Part shown: piece after piece, positions 28,260-37,811 of the stretch
Layout: each line of letters starts with the position of its first letter
Numbering within the stretch: the first letter of the stretch is position 1
Assembly: GCA_029560465.1 (NCBI GenBank)
Contig: JAKQKX010000069.1
Span: 77,021 to 141,020, forward strand
Reading direction: 5' to 3'
Length of the DNA: 64,000 bases
Source of the DNA: Candidatus Omnitrophota bacterium
Lineage (GTDB): Bacteria > Omnitrophota > Gorgyraeia > Zapsychrales > JANLHA01
Made by a program: the position numbers and the translations under genes
The notes under the pieces: generated by a model
What the model was told of the DNA's origin: nothing
Databases searched by the model: none
Seen by the model: the letters and a program-made list of their open reading frames with translations, nothing else

Positions 28260-29870
28260 TTAAGACACAGGGTTGGCATCGTTATTTTTGACGATAACGA
28301 CTCTTCTTGGAAATGGGATTTCAATGTTGTCGTGGTCAAACGCCTCTTTGATACGTTTACGCAGATCGTAGGAAACTGCCATGTGCGCGCCGGGTTTCAC
28401 TTTCGTGGTCGTCCGGATCGTGAGTTCTGATTCCCCAAAATCTTTAAGTCCGCGCACCTGTGTGGGTTCAAGAACATCCGGGTTCTCTTCCTTTATTTTT
28501 TTGCCCACTTCTTCCAGCGTGGCATATACCTGATTTAGGTCGGAGTCATAGGCCACCCCTACTTCGACAACCGCATAGATATACTTTTTGCTGTAATTTA
28601 CGATTTCGTTGATTTGCCCGTTGCGTAAAATGTACAGTTGGCCGTTCGTATGCCTTAGGCGGGTTGTCCTGATGTCGATTGCCTCCACAATGCCGCTGGC
28701 ACCGCCGGTTTCGATATAGTCGCCGACCAGGAAGAGATTTTCAAAGATGATAAAGAATCCGGAAACCAAGTCGTTAATCAACGGCTGCGCGCCGAGCCCC
28801 ACCACGACGCCGACTATCCCGGCGCCGGCGAGGATCGGGGTTGGATTCAGATGGAAGGTTTTAAGGATCAGGACAAACGCGACAAAATAGATGATATATT
28901 TAAACAGACTTTTTATCAGCGGAATAAGCGTGAGGTGCCGTTGGAGGACTTCTCCGGAAATGTCTTTTGTTTTTAAAATGAAATTGTCGATAAAGAGGTA
29001 AATCACCTCGACAGCCACCCGGCTTAAGAAAAAGATCCCGATCACTTGGACAGCTCGCGGGCCGTATTCCGCAAACCGGGCGATGAATTCCACTTGCATG
29101 GAAACGAGGGTGGCGACAATGATGTAAATGATGTATTCCAGGCATCGCCGCATCAGAGGCACGAGCCCTCGCAGGTGATCATAATATCGCAAAAGATTAT
29201 CATCCCGCTGGTATTTCGTGCTTAAAGCATCCAGGCTGTCGATCGCGGCCGTGGTGGCCTTCACGACCAGAAGCCCGATGGAGATGTATAGGTAAATTTT
29301 GAGGATGATGAGAAGAAAAGCCCCTGTCATGGCTGGCAATTTAAGAAAATGGGCCGTGGCGTAGGCGTAGGCCAGCCAGAGGGCTTTTTGCTGGATGGTG
29401 TCCAATGCCTGGAATGCTATTTCAATGCTTTCATCATTGGCTTTGATTTGTTCATAGGCTTTTGCGTGGTCCATCCCGGCCATCAGCAAAGCATGAATTC
29501 TTTTGGTGCCATAATACACCGCTGCGGCTAACCCTAGGGATTTTATCACTCCTAGGATAATATCGGCCCAAAAATGCGGGGAAATATGCGACATCCAAGT
29601 ATGAAGCTGGGATAATAAGTCTTTTTGTAGGTATATGAGCACTCCGTTTGTGAGCAACAGCCCTCCCGTGGCACAGAAAAAGATGATCTTCAGGAGCCGT
29701 GTCCCTTGGCGTTCAACGGTATGGAGAGCTTCTTTATAAGGCCTGAAAAGCGGCAGGCTAATGCCGATTTTCAACATCATCTTAAAAAGATTCCTTATGA
29801 ACAGCCCAACGAGGAAGAGAAGCCCAATTTCGCCGACGATCACAAAAGCATTTGTGTATAGAAGATGCAT
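28260..29870 (-). CDS. mscS: Mechanosensitive channel, MscS family, with extended N-terminal TM region
   Basis: ILAGAGIVGVVVGLGAQPLINDLVSG, GIVEAIDIRTTRLR, VGVAYDSDL and IEIPFPRR. Start taken at ATG 29870. Confidence 0.9.
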   Translation of the reverse strand: MHLLYTNAFVIVGEIGLLFLVGLFIRNLFKMMLKIGISLPLFRPYKEALHTVERQGTRLLKIIFFCATGGLLLTNGVLIYLQKDLLSQLHTWMSHISPHFWADIILGVIKSLGLAAAVYYGTKRIHALLMAGMDHAKAYEQIKANDESIEIAFQALDTIQQKALWLAYAYATAHFLKLPAMTGAFLLIILKIYLYISIGLLVVKATTAAIDSLDALSTKYQRDDNLLRYYDHLRGLVPLMRRCLEYIIYIIVATLVSMQVEFIARFAEYGPRAVQVIGIFFLSRVAVEVIYLFIDNFILKTKDISGEVLQRHLTLIPLIKSLFKYIIYFVAFVLILKTFHLNPTPILAGAGIVGVVVGLGAQPLINDLVSGFFIIFENLFLVGDYIETGGASGIVEAIDIRTTRLRHTNGQLYILRNGQINEIVNYSKKYIYAVVEVGVAYDSDLNQVYATLEEVGKKIKEENPDVLEPTQVRGLKDFGESELTIRTTTKVKPGAHMAVSYDLRKRIKEAFDHDNIEIPFPRRVVIVKNNDANPVS

Positions 29871-29879
29871 ATGAGATGA

Positions 29880-29908
29880 ATTATAGGTGTGGAAGGCGTC
29901 TCGGTCAA
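29880..29908 (-). promoter_or_regulatory. Putative sigma70 promoter of mscS
   Basis: Minus strand TTGACC-N17-TATAAT, ending 9 nt before ATG 29870. Confidence 0.6.
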
Positions 29909-30118
29909 GAGATTGTAAGGATGTTTTTTTCAAAGATAGGGCATCCGAGGCGAGCGCCGGCAAAGGTGGCATTAGAAAAAGAAAAGGCAAAAAATGTAAA
30001 AAAGAATTTAAATTATTTTAAATTATTTTAAATAAATATTGTGCCGACTAGTGGTTATGACATAATAAAAATGTTTGTCCGTTCAAAGTTTTGAAAATGC
30101 TTAAAGCAGGAGATCAAG

Positions 30119-30985
30119 ATGGATTCTTTGAGATTGGCGGGGCGAAATATTCTTGTTTGCATGTGCATGTGTTTAATGTCTGTTTCTTGGTCGTGGGCGT
30201 CCGAGGATGCTTCAGCTTTCCCGTTGCGGGCGGCGTATCCTGATGTGCCTTTTATCAGCATGGAAGACCTGGCCGCTGAATATGACGACGTGATCATTGT
30301 GGACGTGCGTTCGAACTTCGAATATGACGTTGTGAGCATCGCAAAGGCGGTTCACATCCCCATTGCTTTGGAATCCTTTCTTTTCGACTTGGAAAATCTT
30401 CGGGCCAAGGACTCCTTTAAAAAATTTGTTTTTTACTGCAATGGAACAACCTGCCCGAAAAGTTATGATGCCGTCCAGCGGGCCCAAGAGAATGGTTTTA
30501 AGCAGTGTTACGTTTATGATACCGGAATTTTTGAATGGATCAAAGCCTATCCCGAAAGAGGCGTTTTGATGGGGGAAACTCCTGTTCCCCAAGAGAAAAT
30601 TATCTCTGAAGAAAGATTCCAGGCCAAGATGATTGATGATTTTGATGTTTTTCTTTTAAAGGCGCGGGAAGAAAACAGCTTGGCGATCGACATCCGCGAT
30701 CCTATTCAGCGGGATGTTATCCCGGATATCCCGTTCTTACGGAATATCCCCTTGGACCGGCTGCTGCCTCTTTTGAAAGCGGGGGAATTGAAAGACAAGC
30801 GTCTGTTGCTGCACGATAATGTCGGAAAGCAGGTCCGCTGGTTGCAGTATTACCTGGAACATTACGGTTACGAGCAATATTTCTTCCTGGAAAAAGGGGC
30901 TATTAATCCTACGATTGGCAACAGGGTTAAGGAGTCCTTGAATAAGGAGAGTTCTCTGTATTTTCTTAAAGAACTCAGTCAATAA
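30119..30985 (+). CDS. Exported tandem rhodanese-domain protein
   Basis: Signal peptide (WSWA); [10 protein letters not shown]...IAKAVHIP with [11 protein letters not shown] loop; second domain AIDIRD...LHDNVG...FLEKG. Confidence 0.85.
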   Translation: MDSLRLAGRNILVCMCMCLMSVSWSWASEDASAFPLRAAYPDVPFISMEDLAAEYDDVIIVDVRSNFEYDVVSIAKAVHIPIALESFLFDLENLRAKDSFKKFVFYCNGTTCPKSYDAVQRAQENGFKQCYVYDTGIFEWIKAYPERGVLMGETPVPQEKIISEERFQAKMIDDFDVFLLKAREENSLAIDIRDPIQRDVIPDIPFLRNIPLDRLLPLLKAGELKDKRLLLHDNVGKQVRWLQYYLEHYGYEQYFFLEKGAINPTIGNRVKESLNKESSLYFLKELSQ

Positions 30986-31016
30986 AGTATTTTTTATAAA
31001 AGGGATTAGAGATGAA

Positions 31017-32498
31017 ATGTTAGTTCAAAAAAACATTTCTTTATTTTGGAAAAAATTTGTCGGTCGAACCCTTGGTATTGTTTTTTTAGGGATAGCTGTT
31101 TTCGCGATATTTGTTTTTATGATTCAGCAAGTGACCTTAAAAATTATGGTGCAGGACGCCTATGCCCGCCTGGAAAAAAGAGGGGAATATTTTCTGCAGT
31201 TTTTTTCGCGAACAGCCGTGATGCCGATTTTGAATTTTGATTATGATTTGCTGTCAGTTTATGTTGAGGAAGCTTTGAAGGACCCATCCATCGATCATGT
31301 GGAGTATTTTGACAAGAACGGGAAGCCCCTTACGGATATCCCTGGAAAGGAAGGCCGGTCTTCCTTTAAAGAATACAGTTCTCCAATTATTTATCAAGGA
31401 GTTAACCTCGGCTCTGTCCGTCTTAGATTGAATCGGAATACCATTGTGGATATGGAGTTGAAATTTTTGCAGGCCAGAAAACGCCTTTTGTTGGGATTGG
31501 TATTGGCTTTACTCCTTGAGGGGGTGATGGTCAGCTTTTTCCTTTTGATCATGATCCGGGACTTGATCCTCCGTCGTCTTTCCTTGTTGGCTGACAGTTT
31601 TAAGAAGGTTGCCGCCGGGGATTTGCGGGCCCGGATCCCTAAGGAGGCCAAGTCTGCGGACCAGATGGATGAATTGGATATGGTTTTAGACGGCTTCAAT
31701 ACGTTTGTGGGGCAGATTGCGGCTATCATAGAAGAAATTAGGCAGACGACCCAGAAATTCGTCGATTCGACCGAGGAAATCCGGTCGCACACTCAGCAAA
31801 TTTCTATGGGGGCTGAGGAGCAGGCGGCAGGCTATTCTCAAATATCGACCTCTTTCCAGAGTAACGCCGATAATGCTTTTTCTGCGAACACCAAGGCCCA
31901 AGAGAGCCTGCGGGAAGCCCAGAAAGCAGGGCATAATATGGAACGGGTGATTAAGGCGATGGGCGCGATTGAAACAAGTTCAAAACAGATTGCGGCCGCG
32001 GTCAACATCATCACGGAGATTGCTGAACAGACCAATTTGCTGGCGTTAAACGCGGCTATTGAAGCCGCCCGCGCTCAGGTTCACGGCAGGGGTTTTGCGG
32101 TGGTCGCGGATGAAGTCCGTAAACTCGCCGAGCGAAGCGGCGCTGCCGCCAAACAGATCAAAGCTCTGATACAGGAAAACGACAAGCAGGTTGTGGACGG
32201 AGTCAGTTTGGTGATAAATTCGGGAGACCACATCCGTTTTGTTTTGGACAACACGACCCATGTCGCCCGGCAAATCAATTCTATTTCCGAAGCCACGCAA
32301 CAGCAGGCGGTGACGGTGGAGCAAGTTTCGTCGGTTACGGAATCGAATACCAACACATGCCAGGAGTTAGCGAGTTTGTCCAACGCCATTGCTTTGCAGG
32401 CTAGCGTCCTGAAGACGTTGGTGGATCAATTTAGAATTTCCGATATGCCGGTCGGCGCCAATTTTCTAAAAGATGGCAGTGCTAAAGATCGTGTGTGA
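31017..32498 (+). CDS. Methyl-accepting chemotaxis protein
   Basis: Two TM helices, HAMP and [19 protein letters not shown]...[18 protein letters not shown]. Confidence 0.95.
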   Translation: MLVQKNISLFWKKFVGRTLGIVFLGIAVFAIFVFMIQQVTLKIMVQDAYARLEKRGEYFLQFFSRTAVMPILNFDYDLLSVYVEEALKDPSIDHVEYFDKNGKPLTDIPGKEGRSSFKEYSSPIIYQGVNLGSVRLRLNRNTIVDMELKFLQARKRLLLGLVLALLLEGVMVSFFLLIMIRDLILRRLSLLADSFKKVAAGDLRARIPKEAKSADQMDELDMVLDGFNTFVGQIAAIIEEIRQTTQKFVDSTEEIRSHTQQISMGAEEQAAGYSQISTSFQSNADNAFSANTKAQESLREAQKAGHNMERVIKAMGAIETSSKQIAAAVNIITEIAEQTNLLALNAAIEAARAQVHGRGFAVVADEVRKLAERSGAAAKQIKALIQENDKQVVDGVSLVINSGDHIRFVLDNTTHVARQINSISEATQQQAVTVEQVSSVTESNTNTCQELASLSNAIALQASVLKTLVDQFRISDMPVGANFLKDGSAKDRV

Positions 32499-32513
32499 GA
32501 GGGCCGGGGTTTT

Positions 32514-33203
32514 ATGCGAGAGATGAAATCTTATAAAATGGGCTGGATCAGTCTGGTGGCGGGATTTTTTTTGGCGGGATTTTTCTTAAACGCGTTTGCT
32601 TCTCCTTTTCCTAAAAGTTTTCCTTTCAGCGATCAGAGAGCCCTTGATGAATGGCAGGAAAAAATTTTCCGGGGCAAGGTCCTTTACACGGTCAAAACGG
32701 CCGGGCATGGACAGGGATTTCTACAGGCGCACAGCCTCAGCGCCAGCTCGGGATTGATTCACAGGCTCAAGCTGGACATTAATCGTTATCCGATGATCAG
32801 CTGGCAATGGAGGGTTAAAACGTTTCCCGGGAAAAAGATTCAGGAGACCGCCCGAGGGGGGTGGGTCGAACAGGATGACTATGCGGCCCGTGTTTATGTG
32901 ATCTTCCTCAGCTGGAATATTGCCCGGATCCAAAGCCTGGAATATGTTTGGGATGAGGTCTATCCGGAAGGAACCATCCTGCCCAGCCCTTTTTCAAATA
33001 ATATTAAGCTTGTCGTCGTGGAGTCCGGGGTGCGGAATCTTGATCAGTGGGTTAAGGAAGAACGGAATATTCACAAAGATTACCAGAAGGCTTTCGGCCG
33101 TCGTCCTCCCCGGATCGTCGGGGCGATCGCTTTAATGACGGATTCGGATAATTCTATGTCAAGCGCGGAAACCTTTTATAAAGACCTAAAAGTGGGGTAC
33201 TAA
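32514..33203 (+). CDS. DUF3047 family secreted protein
   Basis: ISWQWRV, DDYAARVYVIF, LEYVW, WVKEERNI..DY..AFG and IALMTDSDN. Confidence 0.85.
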   Translation: MREMKSYKMGWISLVAGFFLAGFFLNAFASPFPKSFPFSDQRALDEWQEKIFRGKVLYTVKTAGHGQGFLQAHSLSASSGLIHRLKLDINRYPMISWQWRVKTFPGKKIQETARGGWVEQDDYAARVYVIFLSWNIARIQSLEYVWDEVYPEGTILPSPFSNNIKLVVVESGVRNLDQWVKEERNIHKDYQKAFGRRPPRIVGAIALMTDSDNSMSSAETFYKDLKVGY

Positions 33204-33204
33204 A

Positions 33205-33633
33205 ATGATCAAGAATTCTAATTTGCGAAAACGGCTGTTTGCCAATGCCATGCATAAGGAAATTTTCTTCCTGGTTTTTGGCGCGGCTATTATTCCAACT
33301 GTTATCGTCGCTGTTTCCCTGTACCATTTTATATTTTATGTGACAGCGGAACAAATCGGGATCCCGGAGACCATCGCTTATCACATTGTCCCGGCCGCGA
33401 GCAAAGTTACGGAAATGCTTTTTCTGGTTATCCCGACGGTGATTGTATTTATTTTGGTCATTGCCTACCGTATTTCCCACAGCATTGTCGGCCCGTATGA
33501 CAGGATTATTCGGGAAATGAATGAGAGCTTAAACGGCCAGCGCAGGGGCCCTATTTCTCTTCGAAAGAATGACCGTTTTTGGCCGCTGGTTTGTGCTATT
33601 AATGACATCCTTCATAAGATGGAAAATCCTTAA
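33205..33633 (+). CDS. Small two-TM membrane protein with HAMP-like C-terminus
   Basis: Two TM; SHSIVGPYDRI...ISLRKND.F..LV.AIN. Confidence 0.7.
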   Translation: MIKNSNLRKRLFANAMHKEIFFLVFGAAIIPTVIVAVSLYHFIFYVTAEQIGIPETIAYHIVPAASKVTEMLFLVIPTVIVFILVIAYRISHSIVGPYDRIIREMNESLNGQRRGPISLRKNDRFWPLVCAINDILHKMENP

Positions 33634-33773
33634 TCCCGAGTGTGTTTCTTTTGCTTTTTTCTCCCCTCCGGGAAAGGGCCTTTCCCCGGGAAATTTTTTG
33701 GAAGCCTTGGGGCGGACTTTTCCGACGGGCAGATGGGGACAGGGAAGCCGGAGCATAAAAAAATAATAAATAT

Positions 33774-33802
33774 TTGACAAAACGGGAAAAATAGTGCATA
33801 AT
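33774..33802 (+). promoter_or_regulatory. Sigma70 promoter of the cold-shock gene
   Basis: TTGACA-N17-CATAAT with an A-rich UP-like region upstream. Confidence 0.7.
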
Positions 33803-33834
33803 TTCCCTCGAGTAAAGCAAGGAAAAGAGATCTT

Positions 33835-33878
33835 AGACCGCAAGGTAGAAGGTTACTTACCTTGCGGTTTTTGTTTTT
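33835..33878 (+). terminator. Intrinsic terminator/attenuator hairpin inside the csp 5' leader
   Basis: ACCGCAAGGTA / TACCTTGCGGT perfect 11-bp stem followed by TTTTGTTTTT. Confidence 0.65.
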
Positions 33879-33926
33879 GAGTATGCCATCATTTACTCAA
33901 GTTTTATCGAAAGGAGGCACTGAGTA

Positions 33927-34127
33927 ATGGCAAAAGGAATAGTCAAATGGTTTAACAACCAAAAAGGTTACGGATTTATTACTCCTGAATCTGGCGAAGA
34001 TGTATTTGTACACCACAGCGAAATACAGGGTAATGGCTACAAGACCTTGGAGGAAGGACAGAAAGTCGAATTCGAAATCGCTAACGGTCCTAAAGGCGAA
34101 CAAGCCAAGAATGTAGTTAAAATCTAA
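33927..34127 (+). CDS. cspA: Cold-shock protein
   Basis: [15 protein letters not shown]...[12 protein letters not shown] motifs; AAGGAGG RBS. Confidence 0.97.
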   Translation: MAKGIVKWFNNQKGYGFITPESGEDVFVHHSEIQGNGYKTLEEGQKVEFEIANGPKGEQAKNVVKI

Positions 34128-34151
34128 CCCTGAACTTAAATAGATCCGGGT

Positions 34152-34194
34152 AAAAAAGACAGAACTTCAATAAAATGAGTTCTGTCTTTTTTTT
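34152..34194 (+). terminator. Rho-independent terminator after csp
   Basis: AAAAAAGACAGAACT...AGTTCTGTCTTTTTTTT. Confidence 0.85.
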
Positions 34195-34260
34195 CCCTGG
34201 TTATAACAAGCGGGTTCTTATTTCCGGCACCATTGAATTTACGTCAAATTGGGGGTTGTT

Positions 34261-34680
34261 ATGATGATTTGCAGTGCCTGTTTACTGGGTGTGTGTTGCC
34301 GGTACGACGGCAGAAGCAAGCCGCATCAAGGGGTGGTGTCTTTGCTGGGGCAAGAAGCCCTTATTCCGGTTTGTCCGGAACAATTGGGCGGGCTTTCGAC
34401 TCCCCGGCTTCCTGTGGAAATCCATGACCGCCGGGTCCTGGCCCAAGACGGGACCGATGTGACACGGGCCTTTCAGCGGGGCGCTCAGGAAGTCCTTGAG
34501 GTTGCGCGGCTCATGGGCATTAGTAAGGCCTTACTGAAGCAGCGAAGCGCATCCTGTGGCTGCGGGCAGGTGTATGACGGAACTTTCTCCGGGATAATCA
34601 TCCCCGGAGACGGCGTCACAACAGCGTTACTGAAATCCGAGGGTATTGAAGTCTGGACGGAAGAATCGTTCCCGTTTTAG
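34261..34680 (+). CDS. DUF523 family protein (2-thiouracil desulfurase-like)
   Basis: SACLLGVCCRYDG, VCPEQLGGLSTPR and LKQRSASCG...YDGTF...GDGVT. Confidence 0.9.
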   Translation: MMICSACLLGVCCRYDGRSKPHQGVVSLLGQEALIPVCPEQLGGLSTPRLPVEIHDRRVLAQDGTDVTRAFQRGAQEVLEVARLMGISKALLKQRSASCGCGQVYDGTFSGIIIPGDGVTTALLKSEGIEVWTEESFPF

Positions 34681-34759
34681 GCCGGGGTTCACGGAACCCC
34701 TTTGGATGGCTCAACCCGTATTTCAGGTTGGGACGCTGCGCGGATCCCTTAGCCCTTTC

Positions 34760-35926
34760 CTAAAACCAGGCGTTCCTCAGGCGGGTTTTCTCTGCCATCA
34801 GCAGTTTCATGTAGACAGTTTCCATTTCGATCATGTCGGTGTCTGATTTCCGGAGCCATTCCGAAAGCCACCCAAACCGGACTGCGATAACGAATTCGAC
34901 CAAGTAATCCCAGCTGGTATCCGGCAGGAAACGCTCTTGCCGAAGTCTGTGGATGAATTCGGAAACCAGCCCGCCGAGCAGCCCGGAAGGATGTTCTATC
35001 CCTATGCAGCCGATCATGTTGGCGGTGTCATAAATTTCCGGTTTATATCCGGCGAATTCCCAGTCGATCACTATTTTAATGTCATTTGTTGCCCAAATGA
35101 TGTTCAGGGGATGATAGTCTCCGTGACAGAACGCCACCGGGAAACTGTTATAAACATGGAAAAAATTTTTTTCCAAGAATACCATGATCGGTTGAAGCGA
35201 TTGAGCAAGCGGTGGATTGTGTCGGGTAATATTTTGAAATAACCGGAGGACGTAGTCTTTGAGCGAAAAGTGCTGCGCGGGGTTAAAGAACGGAAGTCCT
35301 TCCGTCTTGTCCTTTAATGCGATGAGAAAATCCGCCAACCGACCACCCCGCCATTGTTCGTAGAGATATGTTTGCCGGTCCAACGCGGTTCCTGGTATAA
35401 ACGGCGCGATTTGCCAGAGTTGTCCTTTGTGTTCCAGGAGGTAGCGGTTTTGTCCGTCCGGCAGGTAAGGCCGCACCCTGTTTAATCCCTGTTGTTTTAA
35501 ATAGGTTAACGTTTCGGCAATCCGGATCCTCGTTCCCCGAGATTGGGGAGGGATTTGTTCGAGAATAAAACGATCCCCCTTCGTATCCTCGAACACGGTC
35601 CGGAAAAGACTCCTTTCCGGGCTCCCTTCTATATTGATGCAGGGAAGGAGCCTTTTGACCTTTAGGCCCCAGCGGGCTGAGATATCTTCTAGCGCTTCCC
35701 GGGAAAGCATGGCGGGGCGTTCCCCCGTGACTTGAGTTGGCTGGCGGAAATCGGCGGGTAAAGGCCCGGCGGCACCGTTGATAAAACGCAAGGCGTGATC
35801 AATGCCTTTCTGACATTGATTCCCGGTGATTTTTACAGGGGCGCCGCCCCCGGCATGAATATGGAGGTGACAGCCGTTAGGGCAAGCCTGACATATGATA
35901 TTTTGGGGAGAAGATTTTGAATACAT
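34760..35926 (-). CDS. APH/type II homoserine kinase-like phosphotransferase with N-terminal Cys-rich DUF1667-like domain
   Basis: ICQACPNGCHL...ITGNQCQKG N-terminus; CHGDYHPLNI and VIDWEF kinase motifs. Start taken at ATG 35926. Confidence 0.8.
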   Translation of the reverse strand: MYSKSSPQNIICQACPNGCHLHIHAGGGAPVKITGNQCQKGIDHALRFINGAAGPLPADFRQPTQVTGERPAMLSREALEDISARWGLKVKRLLPCINIEGSPERSLFRTVFEDTKGDRFILEQIPPQSRGTRIRIAETLTYLKQQGLNRVRPYLPDGQNRYLLEHKGQLWQIAPFIPGTALDRQTYLYEQWRGGRLADFLIALKDKTEGLPFFNPAQHFSLKDYVLRLFQNITRHNPPLAQSLQPIMVFLEKNFFHVYNSFPVAFCHGDYHPLNIIWATNDIKIVIDWEFAGYKPEIYDTANMIGCIGIEHPSGLLGGLVSEFIHRLRQERFLPDTSWDYLVEFVIAVRFGWLSEWLRKSDTDMIEMETVYMKLLMAEKTRLRNAWF

Positions 35927-35948
35927 GGGCGCGTAGGGACGTAGGTCG

Positions 35949-37727
35949 TCAGGATGAATCCTCTTTTGATTCAGGCCCGGCAATAAAGTATTGATAGGTA
36001 AAGTCATAAAAGGTTTTCTTGAATTTCTGGCTGTCTTCCCACCGGCCTTGTTCCCGAAGCAGATTAAAGGACCGGGAAGCGTAATCTTCCGCGCTTTTCA
36101 TGTCGCCCTGCAGGACTTTCATGATGGCCAGGTTGAAATAGGCTTCTGCGTATTTAGCGTCCAGGTGAATGGCTTTAAGTAAAGTTTTTTCCGCATGGGG
36201 GAATTTCTTTTGAGCTGTGTAGGCCTCCGCCAGGCCGAAATAATAGAGGGGCATCTTGGGCTGAATAGTCACGGCGCGTTGAAAAGCTTCAACGGCTTTT
36301 TGGCTTTGACCGTCCTGAAGGTACGCTTTTCCAAGCCCGTTCCAAAGGTCGGCGCTTTGGGGGTTCGCCCTCACTTCCGCCTGGAAGAAAGTCAATTGTG
36401 TGCGCCAGTCACGGTTCCTAATAAAGGTTCGTACAAAATAAAACGTTGTGACCATCACAAGGAGGGCCATCGCGACATATTGCACCAGAGCCCTGGGAAT
36501 CATCCACTGTGCGATAGGAACAGCCCCGGTTTTTGTGGAATCAAGCCCAAGGGAGAACCCATAGGCGAGGAGCAGGCAGAAGGCCCAAGATCCGGGGTAG
36601 AGGTATCGTTCGGCAAAGAAAGATTCTATCGGAATGATGTTCGCAGCGGGCAAAACACTGATATAGAACCAGCAGATGCAGAAAAAAATCAGGCGGTTGT
36701 TTTTATAGGCCCAGACCGCGGCCGTTACGATCAGTCCCAAAAACAGGATGGCGCTGATGACTTGGGGGTCCAGGATGGATTGCTGCAGAACCGCCTGCTG
36801 GTCAAAGTCCCAGACATCTACGGCAAATATCCCTTTTGAAATGACATGTTTTATCGCCAGAGTGAAGGGGAAGAACATGATCAGGCAGTTTTTGACCTGC
36901 ACTTTTAAGATGACGAGCATTGTGAGATAGAAACTGCCTCCAAGGTAATCCCCACGCGAAATGTCTTTCAGGATCCAGAATTTGAGAGCGATATAAACGC
37001 CGGCAATCGCTAAAAATGGAAAGATCCGAAGCGCGGCGTTGCGTATTTTTTTCGTTTCCCAGGGGAAGGGAAAGGTGATTTCATGCAAAGCCCAGAGCAG
37101 GGGGATCGTCAGGCAGAGTTCATGCAGGAATATGGATAAACATGAGAATAAGAGCGCCAGTTTGTAATTCCGGTTCCATATTCGCGAGATGGGGGCTGGC
37201 CCTGGCACGAGGTCCTTGCGGGCCCGGAGGTAGTAATAGAAAGCGATGAATAGAAAGAGGACCCCGGTTGTGTCCACGCTGCCGGTTTTGGTGGCTGCGG
37301 TTTCGGTGTGAACGGGATGCAGCCCGAAGAAGACGGCGGAGAGAAACGCGATCACCCGGTTGTTCGTGACAAGGAAACTCAGGCGGTACACGTAAAAAGT
37401 GGAAAGCAAGAGAACCAGGATAGCGACCAGATGGTGCCCCAGAGGGTCGGTGCCCCAGAGAGCGTAGTTGAGGGCATGCATGAGGGTTTTCAGGGGAGAG
37501 TACACCCCTTCTTCGCCCGGAGGCTGATTATGCGGGCCGAAAAATTGAGGGAAGTTACGGAGGTCCTGGATCAGCGGCCAGTCTACGATAAAGCTGAAAT
37601 CGTCAATAATGAAGTCATGCGCCAAGCTGTTGCTGTAAGCGATAAAAGTTAACAGCAGGCAGAAAACGAGAGCCCGGAGCGGGTCCTCGGCCATGAATTG
37701 AAGAAATTTAAAGAATGAACGTTTCAT
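35949..37727 (-). CDS. TMTC-like GT-C membrane protein with C-terminal TPR repeats
   Basis: YSNSL.HDFIIDD, FGLHPVHTE, FAERYLY and RNRDWR followed by TPR helices. Confidence 0.85.
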   Translation of the reverse strand: MKRSFFKFLQFMAEDPLRALVFCLLLTFIAYSNSLAHDFIIDDFSFIVDWPLIQDLRNFPQFFGPHNQPPGEEGVYSPLKTLMHALNYALWGTDPLGHHLVAILVLLLSTFYVYRLSFLVTNNRVIAFLSAVFFGLHPVHTETAATKTGSVDTTGVLFLFIAFYYYLRARKDLVPGPAPISRIWNRNYKLALLFSCLSIFLHELCLTIPLLWALHEITFPFPWETKKIRNAALRIFPFLAIAGVYIALKFWILKDISRGDYLGGSFYLTMLVILKVQVKNCLIMFFPFTLAIKHVISKGIFAVDVWDFDQQAVLQQSILDPQVISAILFLGLIVTAAVWAYKNNRLIFFCICWFYISVLPAANIIPIESFFAERYLYPGSWAFCLLLAYGFSLGLDSTKTGAVPIAQWMIPRALVQYVAMALLVMVTTFYFVRTFIRNRDWRTQLTFFQAEVRANPQSADLWNGLGKAYLQDGQSQKAVEAFQRAVTIQPKMPLYYFGLAEAYTAQKKFPHAEKTLLKAIHLDAKYAEAYFNLAIMKVLQGDMKSAEDYASRSFNLLREQGRWEDSQKFKKTFYDFTYQYFIAGPESKEDSS

Positions 37728-37811
37728 AATATTTTTATCGACCGGCTCAATCGGGTCAAGGTATCATAACGAAGGTTTATATTTTATGGGAATCCTTTTT
37801 TTATCTTTTTT

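Noticed and set aside
30003-30040. AT-rich direct repeat (TTTAAATTAT twice plus a partial copy) between mscS and the rhodanese gene
   Set aside because: Low complexity; cannot be distinguished from an ordinary AT-rich promoter region.
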